Assembly (NCBI GenBank): GCA_045580525.1
Contig: JAZNNZ010000108.1
Location: 1-30,665, forward strand
Direction: 5' to 3'
From: Acutalibacteraceae bacterium
GTDB lineage: Bacteria; Bacillota; Clostridia; Oscillospirales; Acutalibacteraceae
Length of the DNA stretch: 30,665 nt
Shown: in pieces, positions 8,526-17,664 of the stretch
Numbering within the stretch: position 1 is the stretch's first letter
Layout: every line of letters starts with the position of its first letter
Made by a program: the position numbers and the translations under genes
The notes under the pieces: model-generated
Seen by the model: the letters and a program-made list of their open reading frames with translations, nothing else
What the model was told of the DNA's origin: nothing
Database searches by the model: none

Positions 8526-9635
8526 CTAATCCCTCTTTTTGCTGTACTGATTATATGCTTTTAATGTATCAGGGTGTACCGCCCTTTTTTGTTCTGCTAA
8601 TTCTTGCACGGTAAATTCCGTTGCAATATCAATTGCCTTTTCTAAATCGCAGGCCGCAGCCTCTCGCATTTCTTCCACGCCGTTATAATTGCGGTCAACC
8701 GAAATATAATCTGCAATATAAATTATTTTTGTAAGAAGACTCATATTTTCTTTTGCAGTTGTATGATAACGAATGGCATCAAAAATTTCTTCATCTGAAA
8801 TTTTAAGAATGTTTTTAACATAATGCGCACCTGTTATTGCGTGCCACAGCTTAAAGGCGCTTTTTTCAAGGCTACTCATAATTATACCAAACTCATCACA
8901 CAATTTCAACTGTATGTCTGGCTCTAATTCTTTGGTAATATCATGTAAAAGTCCCGCAGTATAGGCCTTATTTATATCAGCACCATACCTTAAGGCTAAC
9001 TCTTTTGCGCTTTCGGCAACATTCAGGCAATGATTATATCTTTTTTCTTTTAAATTTTCTCTTAATTTTTGTTTGTATATTTCATCAAAACCGTATAGAC
9101 TGTGTGATTTTATATAATCGTTTACGGGTTTTGTAATTAACTCGTCATTTAATGTATTGCGGTATTCACTCGAAGAAATGCCGCTTGGGTTATAATCTAT
9201 TATTTCAAAATTTGCGTTTTCTATTGCCTTTGTGTTTATTTTTCCGTTTCTTGAAAAAACAAACAGCTTACACATATTTAAAATTTCTTGATACTTATAC
9301 CAGGTATCAAAGCTTTCCGCCATATCACCGCCAATAAGCAGTGCCAAATTTTCTTCGCCCTTTTTCTTTAAAGCCAAAAGGGTGTTATAGGTATAGCTTT
9401 TACCCGAAAGTTCTTTTTCAATATCGCAAATTTCTGCTTTTGGTATGTCAGAAAAAGCCTGTTTGCACATATTAAATCTGTCAAAAAACGAAGTGTTTGA
9501 AGCGTCTTTATGCGGAGATAAAAAGGTGGGAACCACAAGTATCTTTTTAACGTCTGTTCTCAACGCTACATTTTTTGCCAATTCAATATGAGCTTTATGG
9601 GGCGGGTTAAAGGCACCGCCAAATATAACCGTCAT
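8526..9635 (-). CDS. nadD: Fused nicotinate-nucleotide adenylyltransferase NadD + HD-domain YqeK (Ap4A symmetrical hydrolase)
   Basis: N-terminal FGGAFNPPHKAH, LIGGD, W, ISSS.YR; C-terminal RYNHCLNVA...AGLLHDITKE...YHTT...IYIADYIS; continuous 369-aa frame. Confidence 0.9.
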   Translation of the reverse strand: MTVIFGGAFNPPHKAHIELAKNVALRTDVKKILVVPTFLSPHKDASNTSFFDRFNMCKQAFSDIPKAEICDIEKELSGKSYTYNTLLALKKKGEENLALLIGGDMAESFDTWYKYQEILNMCKLFVFSRNGKINTKAIENANFEIIDYNPSGISSSEYRNTLNDELITKPVNDYIKSHSLYGFDEIYKQKLRENLKEKRYNHCLNVAESAKELALRYGADINKAYTAGLLHDITKELEPDIQLKLCDEFGIIMSSLEKSAFKLWHAITGAHYVKNILKISDEEIFDAIRYHTTAKENMSLLTKIIYIADYISVDRNYNGVEEMREAAACDLEKAIDIATEFTVQELAEQKRAVHPDTLKAYNQYSKKRD

Positions 9636-9646
9636 AATAAAACCCT

Positions 9647-9937
9647 TTATTTTAATTTAATTTGCTTGTGCTCACGGGACTCACGATACAAAATAAAGCG
9701 TGAACCTATAACCTGCACAACCTCTGCGTTTAATTCTTCTGCAATACTGTCTGCCGCTTCACGAGAGGTAACGGGTGCGGTTTCAAGTACGCGAAGCTTT
9801 ACAAGCTCTTTTAATTCCAGCAGCTCATCTGTTTGCTTTAATAGTTCGTTGTTTATGCCGCCTTTACCAATTTGAAAAACCGTGTTTAAACCGTTTCCCA
9901 TACCGCGTAAAAGGGCCCTTTGCTTACTTGTTAACAT
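9647..9937 (-). CDS. yhbY: CRM-domain RNA-binding protein YhbY
   Basis: MLTSKQRALLRGMG, FQIGKGGI, ELVKLRVL, VQVIGSRFILYR. Confidence 0.95.
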   Translation of the reverse strand: MLTSKQRALLRGMGNGLNTVFQIGKGGINNELLKQTDELLELKELVKLRVLETAPVTSREAADSIAEELNAEVVQVIGSRFILYRESREHKQIKLK

Positions 9938-10509
9938 ATTTTTAATTCCTCTAATTTTTCTTTAAATTTAATTAGTGCGTTACCGCGATGACTTACGCTG
10001 TCTTTATCTTTACCCGATAATTCACCAAAACAACCTATTGGTGTAATAAACAGCGGGTCATAGCCAAAACCGTTTTCACCGTTTTCAGAAAAAGCAATTT
10101 TCCCTTCACAGGTGCCGCGCACCGTAAAGCTAACATTTTCATCTATATAAGCAATTGTACATACAAAACGCGCGGTGCGGTCTTCGTCCTTTACGTTTTC
10201 TAAATTTTTAAGAAGTTTTTTGTTATTGGCTTTATCATCGCCATCTATTCCGGCATATCTTGCGGAATATACACCCGGCTCTCCGCCTAACGCATCAACC
10301 TCCAAACCGCTATCGTCTGCAACAGAAGGAAGTCCCGTTGTTTTAAACGCGCTTTGTGCTTTTAGTAAGGCGTTTTCACTAAAGGTGGCGCCGGTTTCTT
10401 CAACCTCGGGTAAATCGGCAGTTATAAGCTCAATACCCATAGGCTCTAAAATTCTTTTAAATTCTTCTATTTTGTGTTTGTTGTGGGTTGCAATTACTAC
10501 TTTTTTCAT
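9931..10509 (-). CDS. rdgB: Non-canonical purine NTP pyrophosphatase (RdgB/HAM1)
   Basis: ATHNKHK, EETGATFSENA..KA, ADDSGL, PGVYSARY, GFGYDPLF, SHRG. Confidence 0.96.
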   Translation of the reverse strand: MKKVVIATHNKHKIEEFKRILEPMGIELITADLPEVEETGATFSENALLKAQSAFKTTGLPSVADDSGLEVDALGGEPGVYSARYAGIDGDDKANNKKLLKNLENVKDEDRTARFVCTIAYIDENVSFTVRGTCEGKIAFSENGENGFGYDPLFITPIGCFGELSGKDKDSVSHRGNALIKFKEKLEELKIC

Positions 10510-10521
10510 ATGATTTCCTTT

Positions 10522-11424
10522 TTAAAACAGGCTGTCTGCAAATTCTTTATAATTAAATGGTTGCAGATCATCAATGCCTTCGCCTACGCCGATATATTTA
10601 ATGGGCAGGTTAAGCTCATTTTTAACCGAAAGCAATGCGCCACCCTTTGCGGTGCCGTCAAGCTTTGTAACAATAATGCCTGTAACCTTAGTAACGCGAG
10701 AAAATTCTCTTGCTTGGTTAACCGCATTTTGTCCGGTGGTACCGTCAAGCACTAAAAGAACTTCGTAATCATCATATCCTAATTCTCTTGTGGCAACACG
10801 ACCGATTTTTTCAAGTTCGTCCATAAGATTTTTCTTATTATGAAGTCTTCCTGCGGTATCACAAATTATTACGTCGGCATTTCGAGCTTTACCGGCTGAA
10901 ATTGTATCGTATACAACCGATGCAGGATCGGTGCCTTCTACTGATTTTATTAGGGGACAATCGGCTCTGTTAGCCCAAACCTCAAGCTGTTCAATTGCGG
11001 CGGCGCGAAATGTATCAGCAGCCCCTAAAATAACCTTTTTGCCGCTATTTTTAAGCATTGATGCCATTTTGCCAATGGTTGTGGTTTTACCCGCGCCATT
11101 AACACCAATAACAAGTATTAAAGACGGTTTTTGGTTTAGTCTTAGTTCTGCTTCACCACAAAGAAGTTCGGCTACCGTTTCTTTAAGAAGGTCTTTAACC
11201 TCTTCAGGCTCGGTTACGCGCTTATCTTTTACCTTTTCTTTTGTGATTTCGCAAATTTTCATTGCAGTAGCCGCGCCAACGTCACACATAATAAGGCTTT
11301 CTTCAAGCTCTTCAAAAAGCTCTTCATCTATTTTATGAAAGCTTTTTAAAACGTTGTCTACACTACTTGCTATGGCTTCTCTGGTTTTTGTAAGCCCAGC
11401 TTTAATTTTACCGAAAAATCCCAT
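10522..11424 (-). CDS. ftsY: Signal recognition particle receptor FtsY (NG domain only)
   Basis: GVNGAGKTTT, DTFRAAA, DTAGR, TKLDGTAKGG, GVGE..DDL. Confidence 0.98.
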   Translation of the reverse strand: MGFFGKIKAGLTKTREAIASSVDNVLKSFHKIDEELFEELEESLIMCDVGAATAMKICEITKEKVKDKRVTEPEEVKDLLKETVAELLCGEAELRLNQKPSLILVIGVNGAGKTTTIGKMASMLKNSGKKVILGAADTFRAAAIEQLEVWANRADCPLIKSVEGTDPASVVYDTISAGKARNADVIICDTAGRLHNKKNLMDELEKIGRVATRELGYDDYEVLLVLDGTTGQNAVNQAREFSRVTKVTGIIVTKLDGTAKGGALLSVKNELNLPIKYIGVGEGIDDLQPFNYKEFADSLF

Positions 11425-11444
11425 AATAAATCCTTTTGTTTGAA

Positions 11445-14400
11445 TTATAAAGTTTTAAGTTGTTTTTCAAGTTCAGATACGTTTAGTTCAATTAACTTAC
11501 TAACACCTTTTTCTTGCATTGTTACACCGTAAAGCATATCAGCATTTTCCATTGTACCTCTGCGGTGGGTAATACAAATAAACTGTGTTGGAAGGTGGCT
11601 TGATTTAATATATCTTGCAAAACGCTCAACGTTAATATCGTCAAGGGCCGATTCAACCTCATCCAAAAAGCAGAATGGCGGAGCATTAACTTCCATAATT
11701 GCAAAATAAATTGAAATTGCAATAAGCGCCTTTTCACCACCCGAAAGAACGTCAAGTGAAGGAACCTTTTTACCGGGTAAGAGCGCTACAATATCAATAC
11801 CGCTGGTTAATGGCTCTTCAGGGTTAGAAAGCTTTAGTTCTGCGTGGCCGCCGCCAAACATAATTCCAAAGGTTTTTGTAAAGTTTTCACCAATCTTCTT
11901 AAAGCCCTCCAAGAACATTTCTTGCATTTGCTTTTGTAAATCGGCAATAAGCTTTAATAGTTCTGCCTTTGAATTTTCAACGTCGGCAATCTGACCGCTT
12001 AAGAATTCATATCTTTCGCTAACTTCTTTATATTCGTCAATAGCGGCAACATTTACGCTGCCAAGTGATTTAATTTTTGAACGAATTTCTTGTAAACGCT
12101 TTTTGGCTTCACCAATATTTTCAATCTTTATTCCAAGATTTTCTGCATCGGTTTTGGTTAGCTCATATTCATCATAAAGTTTTGCAACAATTTCATCAAG
12201 CTCATTAAGCATAACGTCTTTACGCTCGTTAAGTCTTGCAATTTCACCCGATGCCTTTTCTTTATCGGCTAAAAGTTCTTTTTGCTTTTGACGTAAAGTT
12301 ATGTTACTGCTTTCTAAACCATTACGCTTAATTACTAAATCTTCGCTTGTGCTTAAGTAGGTTGTACCCTGTGTTTTGGTTGAAAGAATATCGTTTTTAT
12401 ATTCTTCAATCTTTGCTTCAATTTCTGCATTTTTAGCTTCAAGCTCATTTATTTCAGCTTCTAAAATCGCTTTTTGACGGTTGGCTTCTTCTTCGCCTAA
12501 AGATAAGTCTGCAATAAATTTATCAAGCACAGAAATATCTTTTTCAAGCTCTGCCGCACGTAAGCGGTGGTCGGTCAGCTTTTCGCCAAGAGTGGTGCGA
12601 AGCTCTGCATTATCGTCGCCTTCTGAAAATGCGGTATTTTCGTTAATTTCATTTTGCTTTTCTTCGCATTGTTTAATAAGAAGTCTTGCATTTTCTGCGG
12701 CGGTTTTAAGCGAAGCAATACGACTCTCTGCGGTATTCTTTTCTTCTTCTGCAGAACTAATTTGTGCCTTTAGATTTTCTAAAAGCTCGTTAACCCTTTT
12801 TAGTTCACCAAGTACACGAATTTTATCTTCTTTGTAGGTTAACGCAGAAGATTCATAATTTAAAATATTTGCATCAATTTCTGCAAGTGCCTGTGCGGCA
12901 GTTTGTAAAGCAGCCTTTTTGTCTTCGGCTTCTTTTTGCAGCTTATCTGCTTTTTGCTTTAGCTTTTCAATATCATCCTTACGAGATAGTGCGCCGCTGC
13001 TTTTGTTAACAGAACCACCGGTTAATGAACCGCCGGGGTTTACAACCTGACCATCTAAAGATACGCATTTAAATTTATAGTTATATTTTTTAGCCAAGGT
13101 TACTGCAGAATCAAGATCTTCTGTAATAACAGTACGGGCAAGTAGCCATTTAAACACGTTATCATAACGATTATCGTAAGAAATAAGCTCACTGGCTTTG
13201 CCAATATAACCGTAGTTATCATCTAAATTATCTTCAACCAAAAGGGTTGGATGAAGTGATTCAATAGGTAAAAAGGTTGCGCGGCCAAGACGTTTTTCTT
13301 TAAGATAAGAAATTGCGCGTTTTGCGTCTGCGTCTTTTGAAACAATAATGTTACTTGCCGCCGCTCCCAAAGCTACTTCAATAGCGGTAGCATATTTGCT
13401 ATCAACCTGAATAAGCTTTGAAACCACACCTTCAATTCCTTGTAGTCTGCGATTATCTTTAGCAAGTAAAATTTCTTTAACAGCAAAAGAAAAGCCTTCT
13501 AAATTCTTATCTAATTCTGTTAGCATTTCTGCGCGACGAATTGCATCGGTAGCTTTGTTTTCAATCTCTGCAATTTCAGCATTGATTTTTTCTACCGCCG
13601 ATGCCCTTGTTTCACGCTTAATTTTATAACCCTTAACAGAGTTTTCAATACCCGCAATTTCGGCTTCAATATTATCTAAATCTGTGTTTAATAAAGCAAA
13701 TTCTTTTTTAAGCTCTTGCTCTTCTGCTTTTAACTTTAAGATTTTTTCTTTAAAGGTGTCTTTGTTTTGTTCAATTTCACCCGCAGCAGAAACCGCGCCC
13801 GAAAGCACCGCTCTTTGCTCACTGATTTTAATGGCAAGTTCGTTTAATCTTAAAGAAACGCTTTCTTTTTGCTTTAATACATTTTCACTTTTTAGTGTTA
13901 AAGATGAAAGTTCAAGCGTTAAATCTTTTTCTTCAGCTAAACAAGCATCTAATTCTTTTTTAAGCTCCTGCTTTTGCAGGTTATGCTCGTTAATTTTTTC
14001 ATCTGCAGAAATATTTGAAAGATTTAGCCTTTCACTATCTTCTTTTATTCTGTTAATGTTTTCTTGATTATATAAAAGGGTGGTTTTTAAAACGTTAATA
14101 TCACCTTCTATACGGGTTACGCGCTGATCGGTTTCACCTGCGTCTACACGAAGGGTATCAATCTTTGCGGTAAGCTCGTTAAAAAGTGTGCTGTTTTCAT
14201 CTAAATTATTTTCTATTTCTTCAATCTGACGATTAAATTCATTATATTGCTCTGTTGCTGCGGCAATTTTATTTTCTTGCTTACGAAGTGTTTCTTTAGA
14301 CTCATCTAAAGTATGTAACCAAACGCCAATTTCAAGCTCCTTCTTTTGAGCCGATAAATCTAAAAATTCGGTTGCGGCTTCACTTTGAGCTTTAAGCGGT

Positions 14401-15008
14401 TCAATTCTTCCCTTAAGTTCGCTTTCAATATCTTTAAGTCTTAAAAGATTTTCTTCTGCAAGTTTTAGTTTTCTTTCACTTTCTTCTTTGCGGTAGCGGT
14501 ATCTTGATATACCCGAAGCCTCTTCAAAAATATCACGTCTTTCGTGAGATTTACTGCTAACGATATTATCAATTTTACCCTGACCAATCATAGAATAACC
14601 GTCACGGCCTAAACCTGTATCCATAAACAGTTCGTGAACGTCTTTTAAACGCACAAAATTACCGTTTATCAGGTACTCACTTTCGTGAGAACGGTAATAA
14701 CGGCGTGTAACAGAAACGGTATCATTATCAAAAGAAAGCGCTCTGTCTTTATTATCAAAATTAATTGTTACTTCGCAAAAACCGTGACCTTTTCTTTTAT
14801 CTGTACCCGAAAAGATAACGTCTTCCATACTTTGTCCGCGAAGCTGTTTTGTGGACTGTTCACCAAGTACCCAACGAACCGCGTCCGAAACGTTGCTTTT
14901 GCCGCTTCCGTTAGGACCAACAACCGCAGTTAAACCGTTACTGAAATTAAGCTTGGTTCTGTCTGCAAACGATTTAAAGCCCTGAATGTCTACTGATTTA
15001 ATTAACAA
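11445..15008 (-). CDS. smc: Chromosome segregation protein SMC (TTG start)
   Basis: GFKSF, GPNGSGKSN, hinge GRATFLP...GGSLTGG, LSGGE, LDEVESALD, long coiled coils. Confidence 0.98.
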   Translation of the reverse strand: MLIKSVDIQGFKSFADRTKLNFSNGLTAVVGPNGSGKSNVSDAVRWVLGEQSTKQLRGQSMEDVIFSGTDKRKGHGFCEVTINFDNKDRALSFDNDTVSVTRRYYRSHESEYLINGNFVRLKDVHELFMDTGLGRDGYSMIGQGKIDNIVSSKSHERRDIFEEASGISRYRYRKEESERKLKLAEENLLRLKDIESELKGRIEPLKAQSEAATEFLDLSAQKKELEIGVWLHTLDESKETLRKQENKIAAATEQYNEFNRQIEEIENNLDENSTLFNELTAKIDTLRVDAGETDQRVTRIEGDINVLKTTLLYNQENINRIKEDSERLNLSNISADEKINEHNLQKQELKKELDACLAEEKDLTLELSSLTLKSENVLKQKESVSLRLNELAIKISEQRAVLSGAVSAAGEIEQNKDTFKEKILKLKAEEQELKKEFALLNTDLDNIEAEIAGIENSVKGYKIKRETRASAVEKINAEIAEIENKATDAIRRAEMLTELDKNLEGFSFAVKEILLAKDNRRLQGIEGVVSKLIQVDSKYATAIEVALGAAASNIIVSKDADAKRAISYLKEKRLGRATFLPIESLHPTLLVEDNLDDNYGYIGKASELISYDNRYDNVFKWLLARTVITEDLDSAVTLAKKYNYKFKCVSLDGQVVNPGGSLTGGSVNKSSGALSRKDDIEKLKQKADKLQKEAEDKKAALQTAAQALAEIDANILNYESSALTYKEDKIRVLGELKRVNELLENLKAQISSAEEEKNTAESRIASLKTAAENARLLIKQCEEKQNEINENTAFSEGDDNAELRTTLGEKLTDHRLRAAELEKDISVLDKFIADLSLGEEEANRQKAILEAEINELEAKNAEIEAKIEEYKNDILSTKTQGTTYLSTSEDLVIKRNGLESSNITLRQKQKELLADKEKASGEIARLNERKDVMLNELDEIVAKLYDEYELTKTDAENLGIKIENIGEAKKRLQEIRSKIKSLGSVNVAAIDEYKEVSERYEFLSGQIADVENSKAELLKLIADLQKQMQEMFLEGFKKIGENFTKTFGIMFGGGHAELKLSNPEEPLTSGIDIVALLPGKKVPSLDVLSGGEKALIAISIYFAIMEVNAPPFCFLDEVESALDDINVERFARYIKSSHLPTQFICITHRRGTMENADMLYGVTMQEKGVSKLIELNVSELEKQLKTL

Positions 15009-15010
15009 GA

Positions 15011-15964
15011 TTACACATCCTTAATTACTTTTAATTCATAGTCCTTAAGATTATCTACATATACACTACAATTATAACCCATTTGGTTTAAAATTTCAAT
15101 GTTTTTACGCCTTTGTCCTATCATTTTTGACACAAAACTTTTATTTACAAAAATTTTGTAATTGCCCTTCTCTTTTAAAAGCCTTAACGCTCTTTGAAGC
15201 ATAAGCTTATTTACCGCAATTTCGCCAAAAGCCGGGTGAAAGGGCCCTGCTATATTATCGGTTACTTCGTGTAATCCTAAACGAATAACAGGTATGTCTT
15301 TTTCAATAAATAGTTCTAAAATTTCTGCAGAAAGCTCTGCTGCTTCTTCAAGTTTCAGCGGGGTATATTCACCCGCGTTATAAAGCTTTTCTAATAAGGT
15401 ATGTTTTATTACAACGGTAGGGTAAATTCTTACACAAGAAGGGTTAAGCGCAATAATTTCTTTTGCGGTAAAAATGTCTTTTTCCTTGCTGCTCTTATAA
15501 AGCCCCAGCATCATCTGTAACCCCAAATTAAAACCGTATTCTTTTATAAGCGCAGATGCTTTTTTTATATCTTCTGAGGTGTGTCCGCGTTTGTTGGCTA
15601 TAAGCACGTCGTCACATATACTTTGGCAACCAAGCTCAATGGTTGTTACCGGGTAACGCTTAATAATATCTAAAATTTCTCTGCTTATACCGTCGGGGCG
15701 GGTAGAAAAGCGTATAGATTTTGCAAGACCTTTGTTTACAAAATAGGTTGCGCTTTCCAGTAGCTCAATCATATAATCGCGTTCAATCAGTGTAAAGCTT
15801 CCGCCAAAAAAGGCAATTTCGGCGTTTGGGTTGTTTGCCGCTAACACACTCTTTTCAATATCGCTTTTTGTAACTATGCCGGTAATAGCCTTTTGGTTGC
15901 AAAAACTACAACGATTTTTACAGCCCATATGTGGAATAAATATAGAAATATTGCCTCTTTTCAA
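15011..15964 (-). CDS. Radical SAM protein (Elp3/HemN-like core, no acetyltransferase domain), TTG start
   Basis: IFIPHMGCKNRCSFCNQ (CxxxCxxC), FFGGSFT, STRPD, IELGCQS, RIYPT; RBS AAGGAAGGTG before TTG at 15964. Confidence 0.88.
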   Translation of the reverse strand: MKRGNISIFIPHMGCKNRCSFCNQKAITGIVTKSDIEKSVLAANNPNAEIAFFGGSFTLIERDYMIELLESATYFVNKGLAKSIRFSTRPDGISREILDIIKRYPVTTIELGCQSICDDVLIANKRGHTSEDIKKASALIKEYGFNLGLQMMLGLYKSSKEKDIFTAKEIIALNPSCVRIYPTVVIKHTLLEKLYNAGEYTPLKLEEAAELSAEILELFIEKDIPVIRLGLHEVTDNIAGPFHPAFGEIAVNKLMLQRALRLLKEKGNYKIFVNKSFVSKMIGQRRKNIEILNQMGYNCSVYVDNLKDYELKVIKDV

Positions 15965-15990
15965 CTGATTTTCACCTTCCTTTAAAAGCC

Positions 15991-16021
15991 AAAAATCGGC
16001 TTTGAGAATTCTCAAAACCGA
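15991..16021 (-). terminator. Terminator-like hairpin immediately after rnc
   Basis: mRNA UCGGUUUUGAG-AAUU-CUCAAAGCCGA (11-bp stem with one G-U pair) followed by UUUUU. Confidence 0.65.
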
Positions 16022-16030
16022 AAAAATTTT

Positions 16031-16681
16031 TTATAACTTAACACCCATAAGCAGTAATGCTTCTTTGGCCGCCATTTGTTCGGCGTTTTTCTTGCTGTGT
16101 CCTACACCCGTGCCAATTACGTTTGAATTAAGGTGCACTTCAACGGTAAATTGTTTATCGTGCTCGGGACCGCTTTCGTTAATTAGCTGATAGCTCAACT
16201 GCTCTTCGGGATTTTTTTGAATAACTTCTTGTAATGCGGTTTTGTAATCTTTGAAGCTTCCGCCAATATGATGCTTTGGCATAAAGCGCAAAACAAACTT
16301 TTTTGCCGCCGCCATACCACCGTCTAAATAAATAGCCGCAAGTACCGCTTCAAAAGCATCAGACACAATAGACGGACGCTTGTTGCCGCCCATAGCCATT
16401 TCTCCTTTGCCCAGTAGCAGCATATCGGGAAGTCCGATTTTTTCTGCAAAACCTGCAAGACTCTTTTCACAAACTAAAGAAGCGCGCATTTTAGTAAGCT
16501 CTCCTTCGTCAACCTCAGGAAAACGCGAAAATAAATATTCACTTACAATAATGCTTAAAACACTGTCTCCCAAAAACTCTAAACGCTCGTTAGATTCTCT
16601 TTTGTGCTCGTTGGCATAAGAAGAATGCGAAAGCGCGGTTTTTAAAAGTTCTTCGTTTTTAAAGGTATAACCAAATTCCAT
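16031..16681 (-). CDS. rnc: Ribonuclease III
   Basis: NERLEFLGDSVL signature, SDAFEAVLAAIYLD, dsRBD DYKTALQE...GPEHDKQF...KKNAEQMAA. Confidence 0.98.
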   Translation of the reverse strand: MEFGYTFKNEELLKTALSHSSYANEHKRESNERLEFLGDSVLSIIVSEYLFSRFPEVDEGELTKMRASLVCEKSLAGFAEKIGLPDMLLLGKGEMAMGGNKRPSIVSDAFEAVLAAIYLDGGMAAAKKFVLRFMPKHHIGGSFKDYKTALQEVIQKNPEEQLSYQLINESGPEHDKQFTVEVHLNSNVIGTGVGHSKKNAEQMAAKEALLLMGVKL

Positions 16682-16683
16682 TT

Positions 16684-17664
16684 TTATAACTTGCCTTCAA
16701 TTTGTTCTATTACTTTATTTTCAGCAAATAGCGCCGCATTATGAATTGCATTTTTAAAGGCAATTTCATTAGAGCTTCCGTGCGCTTTAAAAACAGGCAT
16801 TTTTGTGCCAAGTAATGGCGCTCCGCCAATAGCAGAATAATCCATTTTATCCTTTATTGTATATAAACCTTTTTTAAGACCTAATGCGCAAAGCTTAGAT
16901 TTTAAATCAGAATACATAACACCCTTAAGCATTGAGAAGAAGGTTGATGCTACGCCTTCTACCGTTTTAAGTGCAACATTGCCCGAAAAACCATCTGCTA
17001 CAACCACGTCGTAGTCGCCCGTCATAATATCGCGGCCTTCTGCGTTACCCACAAAGTTGATGTTTGCCTCTTTTAAAAGCTTATGTGCTTCCACGTGGGT
17101 TTCTGTCCCTTTGCAGTCTTCTGCGCCAATGTTAAGCAGTGCTACGCGTGGGTTTTTAACCCCCATAACGTTTTCCATATATACGCTGCCCATAACGCCA
17201 AACTGACTTAAATATTCAGGCTTAACCTCTGCGTTTGCGCCAACGTCAAGCATCATAAAGTTTTGCTTTTTGCTTGGCATTATTGCCGCCAAGGCGCAAC
17301 GTTTTACACCCTTTATTCTTTTAACAATAAAGGTGCCGCCAACAACCAATGCTCCGGTACTACCCGCACTAACTGCGGCATCGGCTTCACCCTTTACCAA
17401 TAATTCAAGGGTTTGCGCCATGCTTGAATTTCTTTTTTCCTTTATAATTTTTGTAGGATCATCTTCAATTTCAATAGTATCTTCAGCATTAAAAATTGTA
17501 ATACCGTCAAGAGAAAGTCGGTTTTCTGCGGCAGTTTTTTTAATTTCTTCTTCTTTTCCCACAAGTGTAATATCAATATTAAACTCTTCTTTTGCAAGTA
17601 TTGCGCCTTTAATACTGGCCAGTGGTGCATTATCTCCGCCAAATGCGTCAACAGCAACTCTCAT
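16684..17664 (-). CDS. plsX: Phosphate acyltransferase PlsX
   Basis: AVDAFGGDNAP, SAGSTGA, LDVGAN, LLNIGAE..KG, DGFSGNVALK, GGAPLLG, HGSS. Confidence 0.97.
   Translation of the reverse strand: MRVAVDAFGGDNAPLASIKGAILAKEEFNIDITLVGKEEEIKKTAAENRLSLDGITIFNAEDTIEIEDDPTKIIKEKRNSSMAQTLELLVKGEADAAVSAGSTGALVVGGTFIVKRIKGVKRCALAAIMPSKKQNFMMLDVGANAEVKPEYLSQFGVMGSVYMENVMGVKNPRVALLNIGAEDCKGTETHVEAHKLLKEANINFVGNAEGRDIMTGDYDVVVADGFSGNVALKTVEGVASTFFSMLKGVMYSDLKSKLCALGLKKGLYTIKDKMDYSAIGGAPLLGTKMPVFKAHGSSNEIAFKNAIHNAALFAENKVIEQIEGKL

Noticed and set aside
9595-9625. HKAH instead of HxGH in NadD
   Set aside because: HxAH variants occur in functional NadD enzymes (S. aureus, as I recall), so this is not evidence of inactivity.
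11445-15008. Repetitive AAG/GAA-rich periodicity within smc
   Set aside because: Explained by coiled-coil heptads; not a DNA repeat.
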